From contig DATIJC010000020.1 in NCBI GenBank assembly GCA_035479015.1, forward strand, positions 4,365 through 68,364: a DNA stretch of 64,000 nt, in the 5' to 3' direction. Position 1 is the first letter of the stretch, and every line of letters starts with the position of its first letter. A model generated the notes under the pieces. It was not told where the DNA came from. It saw nothing but the letters and a program-made list of their open reading frames with translations, and made no database searches. This document shows, one piece after another, positions 9,318 through 20,145 of the stretch. This DNA comes from Patescibacteria group bacterium (GTDB lineage: Bacteria; Patescibacteriota; Microgenomatia; UBA1400; UBA12028). The position numbers were made by a program, and so were the translations under genes.

Positions 9318-10567
9318 AACTGTTAAACCCAATTTTTGCCGATGCTACGGTCGGTGAATTTACCAAGGACGTGGATCTTTCCCAAGTGGAGCCGCAATAT
9401 TTAGAGCTCTGTTCTGGAATACAAATCATCATTGACGTGATCCGGGAAAAAATAGCAGATCTTGAGCGTCTTAATTCTGAATTGCTTCAGGAAAGTGTGG
9501 AGCGGCAAGCAATACTTGATAGCATTGGTGAAGGCGTAGCCGTACTCAATGAACATGGTATTGTGTTATTTTTAAACCCTGTTGGTCAGCAGATTTTGGG
9601 TTGGAGTGCCAGTGAGATCGAAGGAAAGCCATGGGTCACTACAGTACCGCTTGAATATGAAAATGGTACGGAGATAGACACAAGCAAACGTCCGTTTGAA
9701 AGTTTTACCTATAGCCAAGAAGCAGACAATTTGGCACAAGCTCTCTACTATCGGCGCAAAAATAAATCTCGCGTACCCATTCAAACAACAGTTTCTCCAG
9801 TGCTCTCTAATGGGCAAAATCACGGAACGATCATCGTCTTTAGAGACGTCTCAAAAGAATGGGAGATAGAAAAACTAAAAGAGGAATTTCTCTCGATTGC
9901 AGCACATCAATTGCGAGGACCCCTGGCTACCATGCGCTGGACAACGGAGACTCTGCTCTCCACCTATGCATCACTTCTTGACCCCGTGGTACGGGAGAAA
10001 ATTGAGTGGGTATACCACAACAACCAAGATCTCATAGGCCTCGTCAACGATATCTTAAGCATCACCAGACTCTCTAAAGGCACCATAAGCGAAGAAGCAA
10101 TTCCGACAAATGTGCGGTTACTCATAACGAAAGAAATCGATGATCTTTCACATCAAATTAAAAAGAAACATATGAATATCGATCTGCGAACTGACCAAAT
10201 CATCAGCGATGGAAAGTTTGCGCTTGATCCAAACCATTTTAAACAGGTACTGCGTAACATCATTGATAATGCGATAAAGTACGGTTTTAAAGATTCAACC
10301 ATTCAAATTTCTGCAACTTTTGACGGCTCAGGGATAACTATAGTAGTATCTGATCAAGGCATGGGAATTGCACCTAAAGAGAAAACCATGGTTTTTCACC
10401 GGTTCTTTCGTGGTAGCAATGTCATTCATTCTGGGATTAGTGGTACAGGATTGGGGCTCTATGTTGTGAAACAGTACATCGATCTGTGGAAAGGCAGCGT
10501 CAATGTGGAAAGCACGCTGAATAAAGGAACAAGCGTCACCATTCATTTACCCATACATCCGTTATAA
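9302..10567 (+). CDS. Cytoplasmic PAS-domain histidine kinase
   Basis: PAS (ILDSIGEGV...IVFRDVS), H-box AAHQLRGPL, N-box NIIDNAIKY, DQGMGI, GTGLGL. No TM segment. Confidence 0.95.
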   Translation: MDKLIELLNPIFADATVGEFTKDVDLSQVEPQYLELCSGIQIIIDVIREKIADLERLNSELLQESVERQAILDSIGEGVAVLNEHGIVLFLNPVGQQILGWSASEIEGKPWVTTVPLEYENGTEIDTSKRPFESFTYSQEADNLAQALYYRRKNKSRVPIQTTVSPVLSNGQNHGTIIVFRDVSKEWEIEKLKEEFLSIAAHQLRGPLATMRWTTETLLSTYASLLDPVVREKIEWVYHNNQDLIGLVNDILSITRLSKGTISEEAIPTNVRLLITKEIDDLSHQIKKKHMNIDLRTDQIISDGKFALDPNHFKQVLRNIIDNAIKYGFKDSTIQISATFDGSGITIVVSDQGMGIAPKEKTMVFHRFFRGSNVIHSGISGTGLGLYVVKQYIDLWKGSVNVESTLNKGTSVTIHLPIHPL

Positions 10568-10575
10568 GGAGGATT

Positions 10576-10941
10576 ATGCAAACAATTCTGATCGTGGAAG
10601 ATGATACACAGACACAGGGGTTATACAAGGAAGCGCTGACACAAGCGGGGTTTGAGACGACAGTTGCTGGCAATATCGCTCAAGCACGGACGATGGTGAA
10701 TGAAAAACCGCCAGATTTAGTGCTTCTGGATATTATGATGCCGGGTGGTGAAAACGGATTTGATTTCCTGGAAACATTACAGAAAGATCCCCACTTCAAA
10801 ACAATACCGGTCATCGTTCTTACAAATCTAGACAGTGAGGAAAAAACCGCAAAAGAGATAGGAGCAAAAGAGTATCTGATTAAGACAAACGTCTCAATAA
10901 ATGAGATTATTGCTGCGGTGAAGCGACATCTAGCTTCTTGA
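10576..10941 (+). CDS. Single-domain response regulator
   Basis: ILIVEDD, LLDIMMPG, VLTN, YLIK receiver motifs. Confidence 0.95.
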   Translation: MQTILIVEDDTQTQGLYKEALTQAGFETTVAGNIAQARTMVNEKPPDLVLLDIMMPGGENGFDFLETLQKDPHFKTIPVIVLTNLDSEEKTAKEIGAKEYLIKTNVSINEIIAAVKRHLAS

Positions 10942-11248
10942 TCTTCATGGCATTCTTGCCGGCGCGGCCGCGCATGTAGTACAGTTTGCCACGGCGAACG
11001 TCACCCTTGGTAACTATCGCCAGATCAGCAATAGCCGGACCATCCAGAGGGAGGATGCGTTCGACACCTACACCAGAAGCAATTTTGCGCAGTGTGATGG
11101 CCTTACCGCTCTCACGATTGGAGACGGCGATGACTATGCCCTCGAATGCCTGTTGGCGGGTTTTCTCGCCTTCAGTCACGTTGAGCATCGCCTTAACAGT
11201 GTCTCCCACGGAGTATTCGACGTTTTTATATGTAAAGTACTTGGCCAT
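10907..11248 (-). CDS. rplS: 50S ribosomal protein L19
   Basis: VGDTV, EGEKTRQQAFEGIVI, GVGVER, VRRGKLYYMR. 35-nt convergent overlap with the response regulator. Confidence 0.97.
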   Translation of the reverse strand: MAKYFTYKNVEYSVGDTVKAMLNVTEGEKTRQQAFEGIVIAVSNRESGKAITLRKIASGVGVERILPLDGPAIADLAIVTKGDVRRGKLYYMRGRAGKNAMKIKKLDVASPQQ

Positions 11249-11272
11249 AGAGAGGGTATTTTATCACATTCA

Positions 11273-11364
11273 TGTCATTCCTGCGAAGGCAGGAATCCAT
11301 GCAACAAAGAAAATACAAAAATGAGTTATTTATTGACTGGATCCCTGTCTACACAGGGATGACA
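11273..11364. repeat. REP-like inverted doublet, family A
   Basis: TGTCATTCCTGCGAAGGCAGGAATCCA (11273-11299) and CTGGATCCCTGTCTACACAGGGATGACA (11337-11364). Same 92-nt length as 419-510. Confidence 0.9.
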
Positions 11365-11927
11365 GACTTATACCCCAACTTGGCTAGGTTCTCTACAATT
11401 TGAATTTTTGTATCTCCCTTTTTCCCCCAAATATCGGACAAAAGAGTGGTAGTCTCCCTGGTTTCCCAGGGCCAGATTATCCATGCCTTGGATGTGTGGG
11501 AGTAAAAGTCAGGAATGACTTTGGTCCAAGGTTTAATGACTAGGGTCGCCGTCTGAACCTCACTGGCTCCATGAAAGCCCAGATAAGATCTGGCCATGGC
11601 TAGGGTTTCTCCGCTATCGGCAATATCATCAATGATGAGCACTTTCTCTCCGCGGATTGAGATTGGCAGGGACTGGGTGATGACAGGAGTACGGTTGGTC
11701 GTAGCGATCCCAGAGTAAAATTCGATTTGAATCGAACTTAGTTCTTTCATGCCAAGCAGGTCTAGTATGGGTCTGGCTATCGTCGTACCGCCCTTGGCTA
11801 GTGCTATCACACGGTCAAAACTCTCCTTCTTGTCGATTATTTTTACTGCAAGTGTCTCTACACCTTGGCCAAAATCTTCCCAAGAGAATACTTCGTAAGT
11901 TTGATCGTGGATGAGGCTTCTGATCAT
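11349..11927 (-). CDS. Type I phosphoribosyltransferase (purine salvage-like)
   Basis: IALAKGG, PRPP-binding VLIIDDIADSGETL, WIIWPWE. Confidence 0.9.
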   Translation of the reverse strand: MIRSLIHDQTYEVFSWEDFGQGVETLAVKIIDKKESFDRVIALAKGGTTIARPILDLLGMKELSSIQIEFYSGIATTNRTPVITQSLPISIRGEKVLIIDDIADSGETLAMARSYLGFHGASEVQTATLVIKPWTKVIPDFYSHTSKAWIIWPWETRETTTLLSDIWGKKGDTKIQIVENLAKLGYKSVIPV

Positions 11928-13606
11928 TTTCTACATGCCTCTAGGAATGCTAAAAAGATTGCATGGGGTTTGAGGGGGGTCGATTTATACTCAGGGTGGC
12001 CTTGCGTACCTACAAAGAACGGATGCACATTTTTTGGCAACTCTATCAATTCGACTAGATTTTCCTTGACGCTCCGTCCAGAGATGATGACGCCCGCTTG
12101 TTCAAATTGGGGTACGTATGCATCATTAACCTCATATCTATGGCGGTGCCGCTCAGCAGTTAACCCTTTTTTCTCGTCCACCATTTGGTCATACTTTTTG
12201 TAAATTTCAAAAAGCCGCGTACCCGGCTTGACTATGCACTCCCATGTTCCCAGTCGCATAGTTCCACCATATGCCCGGTTTTCCAAAATCCGTTTTTGTT
12301 CTGGAATCATATGAATGACTAAATCAGTAGTTTTTGGATCCACCTCCTGTGTGTGGGCATCCTTGATATTCAACACATTTCGCGCAAATTCCACCATAGC
12401 TAGCTGCATGCCATAGCAAAGACCTAAGTAGGGAATTTTCGCTTCACGGGCATACTGGATACTGCGGATCTTGCCCTCTACGCCGCGTGTGCCCCAACCG
12501 ATCGGTACAATTAAGCCATCCAGGTGTCCAAAGAATGTTGCTAGATCTTTGTTAGAAAGTTTGGAATTATCCTTTTGCAGTTTTTCAATTTTCGAAGCAT
12601 CCACCCAAACAATCTCCGTCTCAGTGTCTTTTGCGTCACTAGCATGATGCAGTGCATCGATAAGCGCAGCGTAGGAATCTTTGAGTTGGTATTCACCTGT
12701 TGCCAGGTACTTGCCGACGATCGCTATGCGGGCGGTGTGTTTTTTCTTCCGCCGCGCAATTTTTACCATATTTTCCCAAGCTTCAAGCCTGAGAGTTTTT
12801 TTGGGTAAAGATAAGTCATCTAAAATCAATTCATCAAAGTGCTGCTCCCGAAACAGGAGTGGGATCTCATATATGTTGGCTACATCCGGGCTCTCAATAA
12901 TATGGTCACTCTGTACATTACAAAACAGCGCAAATCTGTCACGGCGGCGCTGATCCATTCGCTGATCGGCACGTGCCACGATAAAATCGGGCTGGATGCC
13001 TAGGGAATTGAGTGTCTGCACTGAAAGTTGAGTCGGTTTGGTTTTGGGTTCGCCGATGTGAGCTGGCGTCGGTAAATAACTGACATGGATATGGATGACT
13101 TGTTGCTTGTGCGTCAGCCGCAAGACGCGGGCAGTCTCATAGTACAAAATGTTGAGGTACTCCCCCGCCGTACCGCCCAATTCAACTATCACAATTTCGG
13201 CGTTATCTTTTTTGGCTGCAGCATTGATGCGTCCAATGATCTCATCACAAATATGGGGCACTTCCACATCCTCTCCGTCATACCCGAAGGCACGTTCACG
13301 ATCGATGACAGCTTTATAGATCTGACCCATGGTCACGAAATTACTCTTTCCCATCTCTTGACCGAGGAACTTTTCATAGGTCCCGAGGTCCATGTCGGAT
13401 TCGGTGCCATCTTCACACAAAAATGGATCGCCATGTTCAATGGGGTTTATGAGTCCGGAATCAATATTGAGATAGTTTTCACACTTTACGATGGTCACCC
13501 GATAACCACGGGACTTGAGGAGCAGAGCGATAGAGCCAGTAACGATTCCCTTACCAAGGGAAGAAAGCACACCTCCGGAAACAAAGATGTATTTTACTTG
13601 GGGCAT
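11924..13606 (-). CDS. pyrG: CTP synthase
   Basis: KYIFVSGGVLSSLGKG, KTKPTQ, GLCYGMQ, ERHRHRYE, QGHPE. Confidence 0.99.
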   Translation of the reverse strand: MPQVKYIFVSGGVLSSLGKGIVTGSIALLLKSRGYRVTIVKCENYLNIDSGLINPIEHGDPFLCEDGTESDMDLGTYEKFLGQEMGKSNFVTMGQIYKAVIDRERAFGYDGEDVEVPHICDEIIGRINAAAKKDNAEIVIVELGGTAGEYLNILYYETARVLRLTHKQQVIHIHVSYLPTPAHIGEPKTKPTQLSVQTLNSLGIQPDFIVARADQRMDQRRRDRFALFCNVQSDHIIESPDVANIYEIPLLFREQHFDELILDDLSLPKKTLRLEAWENMVKIARRKKKHTARIAIVGKYLATGEYQLKDSYAALIDALHHASDAKDTETEIVWVDASKIEKLQKDNSKLSNKDLATFFGHLDGLIVPIGWGTRGVEGKIRSIQYAREAKIPYLGLCYGMQLAMVEFARNVLNIKDAHTQEVDPKTTDLVIHMIPEQKRILENRAYGGTMRLGTWECIVKPGTRLFEIYKKYDQMVDEKKGLTAERHRHRYEVNDAYVPQFEQAGVIISGRSVKENLVELIELPKNVHPFFVGTQGHPEYKSTPLKPHAIFLAFLEACRK

Positions 13607-13612
13607 AGGTAA

Positions 13613-16600
13613 TTATACCAATGCTTCGGCCAAAATGCCAGATACCTCATTTTGCGTCTGCTCGTCCCAAGTGATGGTATAGGGCAGGCGCATCGACGTA
13701 TGTGATTCGCCATTGGGGATAAGCACGGTCAATTCATCTTCGCCTGGCCGAGTCTTTAGATATCTTCCGATCTCCTGCAACTTCTCTTTGGGAGTGCCAC
13801 GCGGAATGACAAGCGTGTTGGTTGGCTTATTTGATTCTTGTGGATTAACCGCTTCTGGCTCACGGACTTTATCTACCTGGAGAGAAAATTTTCCCTCACG
13901 AAGTGCTAGCTTGCCCTTCATGATCACTACTTTGTCTACGCCAAGGAAGTCTTTATACACTGTGTAACTTCTTGGAAATATGACAAAGTCAATTGTGCCT
14001 GTGCCATCATCAAGAGTGCCAAAACACATCTCTTCTTGTTTCTGCTTGGTGAGCACTTGCCGCTGAGTCGCTATGAACCCACCCAGAGATACTACCGCCC
14101 CCTCATGCAACTGCTCATCCAAATTTTTGATTTGATGCGTAGACAGTTTGGATACTTCATCCAAGGCATCTGCCATAGGATGCCTGGTGAGATAAAAACC
14201 AAACAACTCTTTTTCAAACGATAACAGTTCTGCCTGAGGGTACTCTTCAATGTTCCGGAACGTATCTTTAGTTTCATGCGCTTGGGCATGTGCTTCACCA
14301 GTAAATAGGCCATCTTGACCCTCAATTGTGTCAGCAACTACGCCTATGCCGCTGCGGATTTCTTCCAACTGCTCCAATATTGATGCCCGTGTGCAAAACG
14401 AATCAAAAGCTCCAATTTTTGCTAAACTCTCCAGCACCTTTTTATTTACTTTTCTCGCATCAGTTCTGCGCAAAAAATCAGTAAATGATGCAAAGGGTCC
14501 ATTTTCCCTAGCAGCTTGAATACTTTCAATTGCAGCTGACCCTACATTTTTGACTGCACCTAAACCAAAGCGTATTGAACTTTCTTCGATACTGAAATCA
14601 TCGCTGGATTTATTAATATCGGGCGGTAGTACTGTGATCCCAAGACGTCTGCACTCACTGATTGCTTGTGAGACCTTCTCTTCCCGATTTGCGCCCATTG
14701 AGTGGCTCTCTACGGAGAGCAGTGCGCACATATACTCAGCAGGGTAGTTGGTCTTCATGTACGCGGTTTGGTAGGCAATCATGGCATAGCCTGCGCTATG
14801 TGCACGGCCAAAACCGTAGCCAGCAAATTTCTCAATAAATCCCCATACCTTCTCGATCGTCTTTTCGTCGTATCCTTTGGCTTTAGCGCCCTTTTTAAAT
14901 TTTTCCTTCTCTACCATCATGATCTCAGTTTTTTTCTTTCCAATGGCACGGCGTAATTCATCCGCTTGGCCCATACTAAAACCTGCCATGACGTTAGCAA
15001 CCTGCAAACACTGCTCTTGGTACAAGAGAACACCGTATGTATCTTTCAGCACCGGCTCCAAATCAATATGTGGGTACTTGATACTCTTGGGATTATTTTT
15101 ACTAGCTACGAAATCATCAATCAGCGCCATAGGACCAGGTCGGTACAGCGCCACCATAGCTGCCAGGTCAGAGAAAACACTGGGCTTGAGTGATCGTGCG
15201 AGTTTTCGCATACCGCCTGATTCCATTTGAAACACACCTGTCGTCTCGCCGCTGGCAATCATTGCATAGACCTTTTTATCATCGATAGGAATACGGGCCA
15301 AGTCCACCACTTCGTCGCGTGTTTCTTTCACTACTCGGATTGATTCTTCTAGGATAGAAAGATTTCGGAGGCCTAAAAAGTCCATCTTCAGTAGTCCGAT
15401 AGCATCAGATGAAACGTTGAGATCCAATACTTTCATGTCATATTGTGTAATAGTCTTACCCGACTTGCTATCTCTTTGAATTGGCGTGTACTCCATGAGT
15501 GGCTTATCGGCAATAATCACACCCGCGGCGTGCACACTTGTGTGCCGTGCGCTGCCTTCCACCTTCATCGCTAGATCGAGGAGCTCTTTGTACTTGGGCT
15601 GCTGATAGTAGATACCGAGTTCAGCCACGCTTGCCAGCGCATCCTTGATATGCACCACATGTCCTTGTACTGGCTCCGGAATAAGTTTGGCCACATGATC
15701 GACTTCCGTATATGACATGCCAAGCACTCTACCGACATCGCGAACAGCGGCCTTGCTCTCCATTCGCCCAAATGTAATGATCTGACCCACTTTGTCCGCT
15801 CCGTATTTTGCCGTCACATAGGCGATCACTTCATCACGGCGCCTATCTGCAAAATCAATATCGATATCAGGGGTGGATTCACGCTCCGGATTCATGAAAC
15901 GCTCAAATGGCAGCGCGTGAACAAGTGGATCAATTGTCGTGATATTTAATGCAAATGAGAGCAGAGATCCGGCGGCAGATCCACGGCCCGGGCCCACGAA
16001 TATGCCTTGAGATTTTGACCAGTTCACAAAATCCTGCACAATCAAAAAGTACGTGAGGTAGCCTTTATCCTCAATCACTTTCATTTCATATTGGAGCCTC
16101 GCCGCCGCTGAAGCGGGATCAAAAATATTGTTAGGATTAGCAGTCGCTTTCTTCTTTTCAAATTCTTTTACGCCGGGATAGATTGAATCCAATCGCTCAA
16201 ACGCAAGCTTGGCGACATAAGATGACACAGTTTCCCCTTCCGGAATATCAAATTTTGGGAAAATCACCCTGCCCAATGGGATTTGCAAATCACACTTATT
16301 GGCAATTTTTACAGTATTCTCTAGAGCGTCCGGGTACTGTCCAAACTCTGCTTCCATTTCTTTGATGGTTTTGAGGTAAAAATCATTGGCTCCCATTTTC
16401 ATGCGATCTGTATCTGAAATAAGCTTACGTGTTTGAATACACAAAAGTGCGTCTTGTGCCCGCGCATCGTCTGGTGAAATGTAGTGAACATCGTTGGTAG
16501 CGACTAAGGGTATTCCTAGTTCTCTGGACAACTTCACCATCTCTTCACGCATGTTTTCAACTTCTAGGATCTCCGGATGTGACTGTATCTCGATATAAAA

Positions 16601-17107
16601 ATCACCTTCAAAAAGTTCATAGTATTTTCTCAGTTCTGCTTTTGCTTCATCGCGCTGATTATTCATGATGAGCTTGCTAAAGCGGCTAGCGAGACACCCA
16701 CTGGTAGCGATAATTCCCTCATGGTGTTTTTTAAGCAGATCAAAATCAAAACGGGGTTTATAGGAAAATCCATCCAAGTGTGCAAATGAGGTGAGCTTCA
16801 TGAGGTTTTGGTACCCAGTAAAATTTTTAGCGAGCAATAATATGTGAAATTGGTCGGCGCCCATTTTCGCTTGCTTCTCTCGCATGTCACCAGCTGACAT
16901 GTAGCCTTCCATACCGACGATGGGTTTCATTTCCTTGGCGCGAAGCTTGTTATAGAAGTGAACCGCACCGTGCATGACACCGTGATCGGTTATAGCCAAC
17001 GCATCCTGGCCGTCATCATGTGCGCGTGTTGCTAATTCTGGGATTTTTGACAGCCCATCTAGGAGTGAAAACTCTGTATGGACGTGCAGATGGACAAAAG
17101 AAGACAT
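13613..17107 (-). CDS. dnaE: DNA polymerase III alpha subunit
   Basis: PHP domain HLHVHTEFSLLDG, GPGRGSAAGS, PDIDID, KMDFLGL, C-terminal OB fold. Confidence 0.99.
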   Translation of the reverse strand: MSSFVHLHVHTEFSLLDGLSKIPELATRAHDDGQDALAITDHGVMHGAVHFYNKLRAKEMKPIVGMEGYMSAGDMREKQAKMGADQFHILLLAKNFTGYQNLMKLTSFAHLDGFSYKPRFDFDLLKKHHEGIIATSGCLASRFSKLIMNNQRDEAKAELRKYYELFEGDFYIEIQSHPEILEVENMREEMVKLSRELGIPLVATNDVHYISPDDARAQDALLCIQTRKLISDTDRMKMGANDFYLKTIKEMEAEFGQYPDALENTVKIANKCDLQIPLGRVIFPKFDIPEGETVSSYVAKLAFERLDSIYPGVKEFEKKKATANPNNIFDPASAAARLQYEMKVIEDKGYLTYFLIVQDFVNWSKSQGIFVGPGRGSAAGSLLSFALNITTIDPLVHALPFERFMNPERESTPDIDIDFADRRRDEVIAYVTAKYGADKVGQIITFGRMESKAAVRDVGRVLGMSYTEVDHVAKLIPEPVQGHVVHIKDALASVAELGIYYQQPKYKELLDLAMKVEGSARHTSVHAAGVIIADKPLMEYTPIQRDSKSGKTITQYDMKVLDLNVSSDAIGLLKMDFLGLRNLSILEESIRVVKETRDEVVDLARIPIDDKKVYAMIASGETTGVFQMESGGMRKLARSLKPSVFSDLAAMVALYRPGPMALIDDFVASKNNPKSIKYPHIDLEPVLKDTYGVLLYQEQCLQVANVMAGFSMGQADELRRAIGKKKTEIMMVEKEKFKKGAKAKGYDEKTIEKVWGFIEKFAGYGFGRAHSAGYAMIAYQTAYMKTNYPAEYMCALLSVESHSMGANREEKVSQAISECRRLGITVLPPDINKSSDDFSIEESSIRFGLGAVKNVGSAAIESIQAARENGPFASFTDFLRRTDARKVNKKVLESLAKIGAFDSFCTRASILEQLEEIRSGIGVVADTIEGQDGLFTGEAHAQAHETKDTFRNIEEYPQAELLSFEKELFGFYLTRHPMADALDEVSKLSTHQIKNLDEQLHEGAVVSLGGFIATQRQVLTKQKQEEMCFGTLDDGTGTIDFVIFPRSYTVYKDFLGVDKVVIMKGKLALREGKFSLQVDKVREPEAVNPQESNKPTNTLVIPRGTPKEKLQEIGRYLKTRPGEDELTVLIPNGESHTSMRLPYTITWDEQTQNEVSGILAEALV

Positions 17108-17145
17108 GGGGATATCCTACGGCAAAACTTGAGAAAGATGAAGAG

Positions 17146-20145
17146 TTAGAGTGTTGCAAGTACGTAATCCTTCAAACCCTCATCTGAAACACTATTATAG
17201 AGCGCCAGCTTAATTGAAAATTTTTCACCAGGGTGGTTCTGCAACCAAAGGTTTGCTGCACTATCAACATCCACCTCATTTTTTATTCCATTTTTGAATT
17301 CAGTTTTGATCCAGGTTTCTGGAGTTATATCTTCATTTTCAAGACTTTCTTCCTCTGGGGTTAATTCTTCAGTCGCTTCTGTTTGAGGAGTAACACGCGG
17401 CATTACAATAGTTGGTTGACTCACCTCACGCAAAACTTGCGTCGTGCTCTTTCCTTCGAAGGGAGGCATATGAAAGAACATTTTTACTTTATTCACTTCG
17501 GCATTATGCCGGATATCGTTGGGATCTACAGCTGGTACTCTCCATCCGATTGCTTGTTCAGGAAATTGAAAAGCCTCACTAGCCTGGCTCTCATACACCG
17601 AATAAACCTCTGCAACCATCTCAGCTCTATTTGACTCAATTTTCCCTACATTTTCGATCAAGCGTGCTAAGTATCTAGGGGTATCAAGTAGTTCGGCAAC
17701 AATCTTTGGTGAAACTTTCTTCTCTAATACAAGTTGAGCTATTACTTCTCTCAGTTTTTCCAGGGTATTTTTGAAATCGTCTTCTTGAAGCTTTCTATTA
17801 ACTTTGACACCTTCTGACATTGCATTAACTGATTCCATTATTTGCTCAGGCCAACTAGAATTTGCCACAAAAAGTGGCATGGTAAAAACTTTTTCAATCT
17901 TACTAAGTACTTCCGACGAATCACCGCTCACCCCTTCCCCGAAGACCTGTATCGCATACTGGAGCGCTTCCGCTGGTGTTACTTCGACATCTTCTGGAAT
18001 TAGACTGAGTGCACGTTCAAACTCCGGCTTATAACTTTCGTTGGATATGTTGAGATCAACTTGTTTCAACCGTACCACGTTGGCCTCAAAAGTTTCTTTT
18101 AATTCGTTGTCTTTTTCAGATTTCTTTTTCTTGTCTCCAATATGCCTAGCTTGATCCTGTGCGTATGAAACAGCTGACTCAATGGCGCTATAGAAATCGC
18201 TCAGAGGACTATTGAATAGTAAGCTCTCTTGTCCTTCAGGTATCCTTCCCTGTCCCATTGCCACTAAAAATAAACTTTGAGGATTATTGACAAGCAATAA
18301 ACTAGACAATAAGCGTTGAGACCGCTCTTTGGATGTCTGCATATTCGCACGTGTCTTTTTAATCCTATTAAGTTCTTTTCTTTGTTCTCTGACTTTATCC
18401 TTCTTATCACTTTCTTTATTTTTGGACAACCATGTTTCAATCTTAGTGATCTCTCCTGTCAATCTTTGCACATCTTGTAAGTCGTCACTAAGTGACATTT
18501 CAATCAGTAATTGTGACGCTTCAACTGCTTCCGCTATGTCCTCAAGCACATGGTTCACAACTTCATTAAATTCATCCTCCTTAGCAATTGCGTCCAAGAG
18601 CTTCGAGTATTGCTTCCTGCGCAGTTCTAACAACCTATCTGATAACTGTGATGTATATGTAGTTTTGGGATATGCTGCTTGATCAATTAAGTCGAATAAC
18701 GCCTGATGTATTGAGTCCAAATCGTATGTTTTACCCCAGAGTAAGATTTTTCGTCCTCTGTCAGTCAGGCTTTCAGGCATTCCTGCAAGGAACATCTCGT
18801 TCTCTTGTTCGGATAATGGATGATTTTGAATTTGAACCACCTCTGTAAAGAATGCGACTGAGTATGTTTCAACCATTGCGTTATCAAGATAACCCTCTAG
18901 TGCGCTTAGGTAATGCAGAAGTTCTACAGTGCGGCTGCCTAAACTCTCCAGTATCCTTTCGGCAGGAAGCCCAAGATGCTCTAAAATGTTGCTGATCCGT
19001 ACTAATGCTTGGTCGGAATGGCCTTCAAGTTGGTTCGCTGCAAGTAGCTGTTGAATATCCTGGTGCAATATCTCATAGCTCTGTATCTGCAAACGGGCTC
19101 GGTCCGAAGCGTCGATTCGCTTTTTCTTGGTATTATTCTTTCTTGCATCAGTTTCCAACCTTTTCTCTTCAGTGACTAATAGTTCCTGGTAACCTTGCTG
19201 TAATTTTTTTACAAAAAGCACCTGGACATAGTTTTCAGGATAGCAGATGAACTCTTGGCAACGCTCTTCAACTAACCGCTCCTTTGTTGCCCGTTTTTCT
19301 TCGCGGGTTTGTCGGCGCTGTTCTCGAGCTGCTTGTTCTTGCGATACTAAATGGACATATTCTTCTGTAGATCCTCCCTCAGCGTGCATCACCCAAAACT
19401 TTCCAGGTACGTCTGTCGGCGCGTAGCGTGATCCTTCGTCGGCGAAAATTGAAGTGAACTCGGCAGTGGTCAAAGATTCAATGAGGTCGTCATTGCTCGC
19501 CCCAGGTTGAAAATTGTAACGGTCAATGCGCGCCGCACCATCAAATTCAGGGGTTTCAAAAAGCTTAGCTAGAGGCTGACCAGGTATATCCGCTTCCGCA
19601 GCCTCTGGTTCCGTTATTTCTTCTACCTCACTATCTGTCACATCATCTTCGGGCTCAACATGATTTCCCTGTTCAGCGGGAAGTTCAATAATTTGTCCGA
19701 ATATTCCCTCTCTACCACGCCAAGAATGTATAACATCAATTATTCTTGGATCAGAATTGACTTCCAAACGAGCGTCGGGCTCATTTTCCTCAACAAACGC
19801 ATACAGAGAATCTAAGTTCCCCAAGATCTCAGACATTGTTCCATGCTTAAAAACAAGTTGCATTCCATCGTCCAAACTTTTCTGAAGAAAATCAAATGCC
19901 AGCTTCGTTTCCTCTCGTTTTAATCTATCTTGCTCAGAAAGTGCTGTGGCCTGCTCAGGCACTTTTGGAATAGGTGGTAGTCTCTCTTCTCTAACTCCCT
20001 CAAAATCACCAGGGTTAGCGCGTGTGTCGTATGGGCGTGAGGAGGCCTCTCCCCTATCCGGTAAAGGTTGGAGTGGGACCATTCTACTTTTCTTAGATTT
20101 GGACGGTAACTGTTCAACCCCCATACCTTGGTCCTTACTGGCCAT
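17146..20145 (-). CDS. Large acidic, coiled-coil-rich hypothetical protein (about 999 aa)
   Basis: 3-kb ORF. Start moved to ATG 20145, which has AAAGGAG upstream and overlaps the gatB stop. No motif recognised. Confidence 0.85.
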   Translation of the reverse strand: MASKDQGMGVEQLPSKSKKSRMVPLQPLPDRGEASSRPYDTRANPGDFEGVREERLPPIPKVPEQATALSEQDRLKREETKLAFDFLQKSLDDGMQLVFKHGTMSEILGNLDSLYAFVEENEPDARLEVNSDPRIIDVIHSWRGREGIFGQIIELPAEQGNHVEPEDDVTDSEVEEITEPEAAEADIPGQPLAKLFETPEFDGAARIDRYNFQPGASNDDLIESLTTAEFTSIFADEGSRYAPTDVPGKFWVMHAEGGSTEEYVHLVSQEQAAREQRRQTREEKRATKERLVEERCQEFICYPENYVQVLFVKKLQQGYQELLVTEEKRLETDARKNNTKKKRIDASDRARLQIQSYEILHQDIQQLLAANQLEGHSDQALVRISNILEHLGLPAERILESLGSRTVELLHYLSALEGYLDNAMVETYSVAFFTEVVQIQNHPLSEQENEMFLAGMPESLTDRGRKILLWGKTYDLDSIHQALFDLIDQAAYPKTTYTSQLSDRLLELRRKQYSKLLDAIAKEDEFNEVVNHVLEDIAEAVEASQLLIEMSLSDDLQDVQRLTGEITKIETWLSKNKESDKKDKVREQRKELNRIKKTRANMQTSKERSQRLLSSLLLVNNPQSLFLVAMGQGRIPEGQESLLFNSPLSDFYSAIESAVSYAQDQARHIGDKKKKSEKDNELKETFEANVVRLKQVDLNISNESYKPEFERALSLIPEDVEVTPAEALQYAIQVFGEGVSGDSSEVLSKIEKVFTMPLFVANSSWPEQIMESVNAMSEGVKVNRKLQEDDFKNTLEKLREVIAQLVLEKKVSPKIVAELLDTPRYLARLIENVGKIESNRAEMVAEVYSVYESQASEAFQFPEQAIGWRVPAVDPNDIRHNAEVNKVKMFFHMPPFEGKSTTQVLREVSQPTIVMPRVTPQTEATEELTPEEESLENEDITPETWIKTEFKNGIKNEVDVDSAANLWLQNHPGEKFSIKLALYNSVSDEGLKDYVLATL

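Noticed and set aside
5994-10941. tRNA-anchored integrative island
   Set aside because: Accessory genes follow the tRNAs, but I found no integrase and no duplicated tRNA 3' end.
11924-11927. Recoded TGA (genetic code 25, as in Gracilibacteria/Absconditabacteria)
   Set aside because: Conserved genes such as pyrG and ileS end at TGA in ATGA overlaps, and long genes have no internal TGA.
12550-12600. Possible heptamer tract in pyrG (KIEKLQKDNSKLSNK)
   Set aside because: Periodicity is too degenerate to separate from A-rich codon usage.
16100-16190. Intein or mobile insertion in dnaE
   Set aside because: Only a short low-complexity extra segment, with no intein terminal motifs and a normal overall length.
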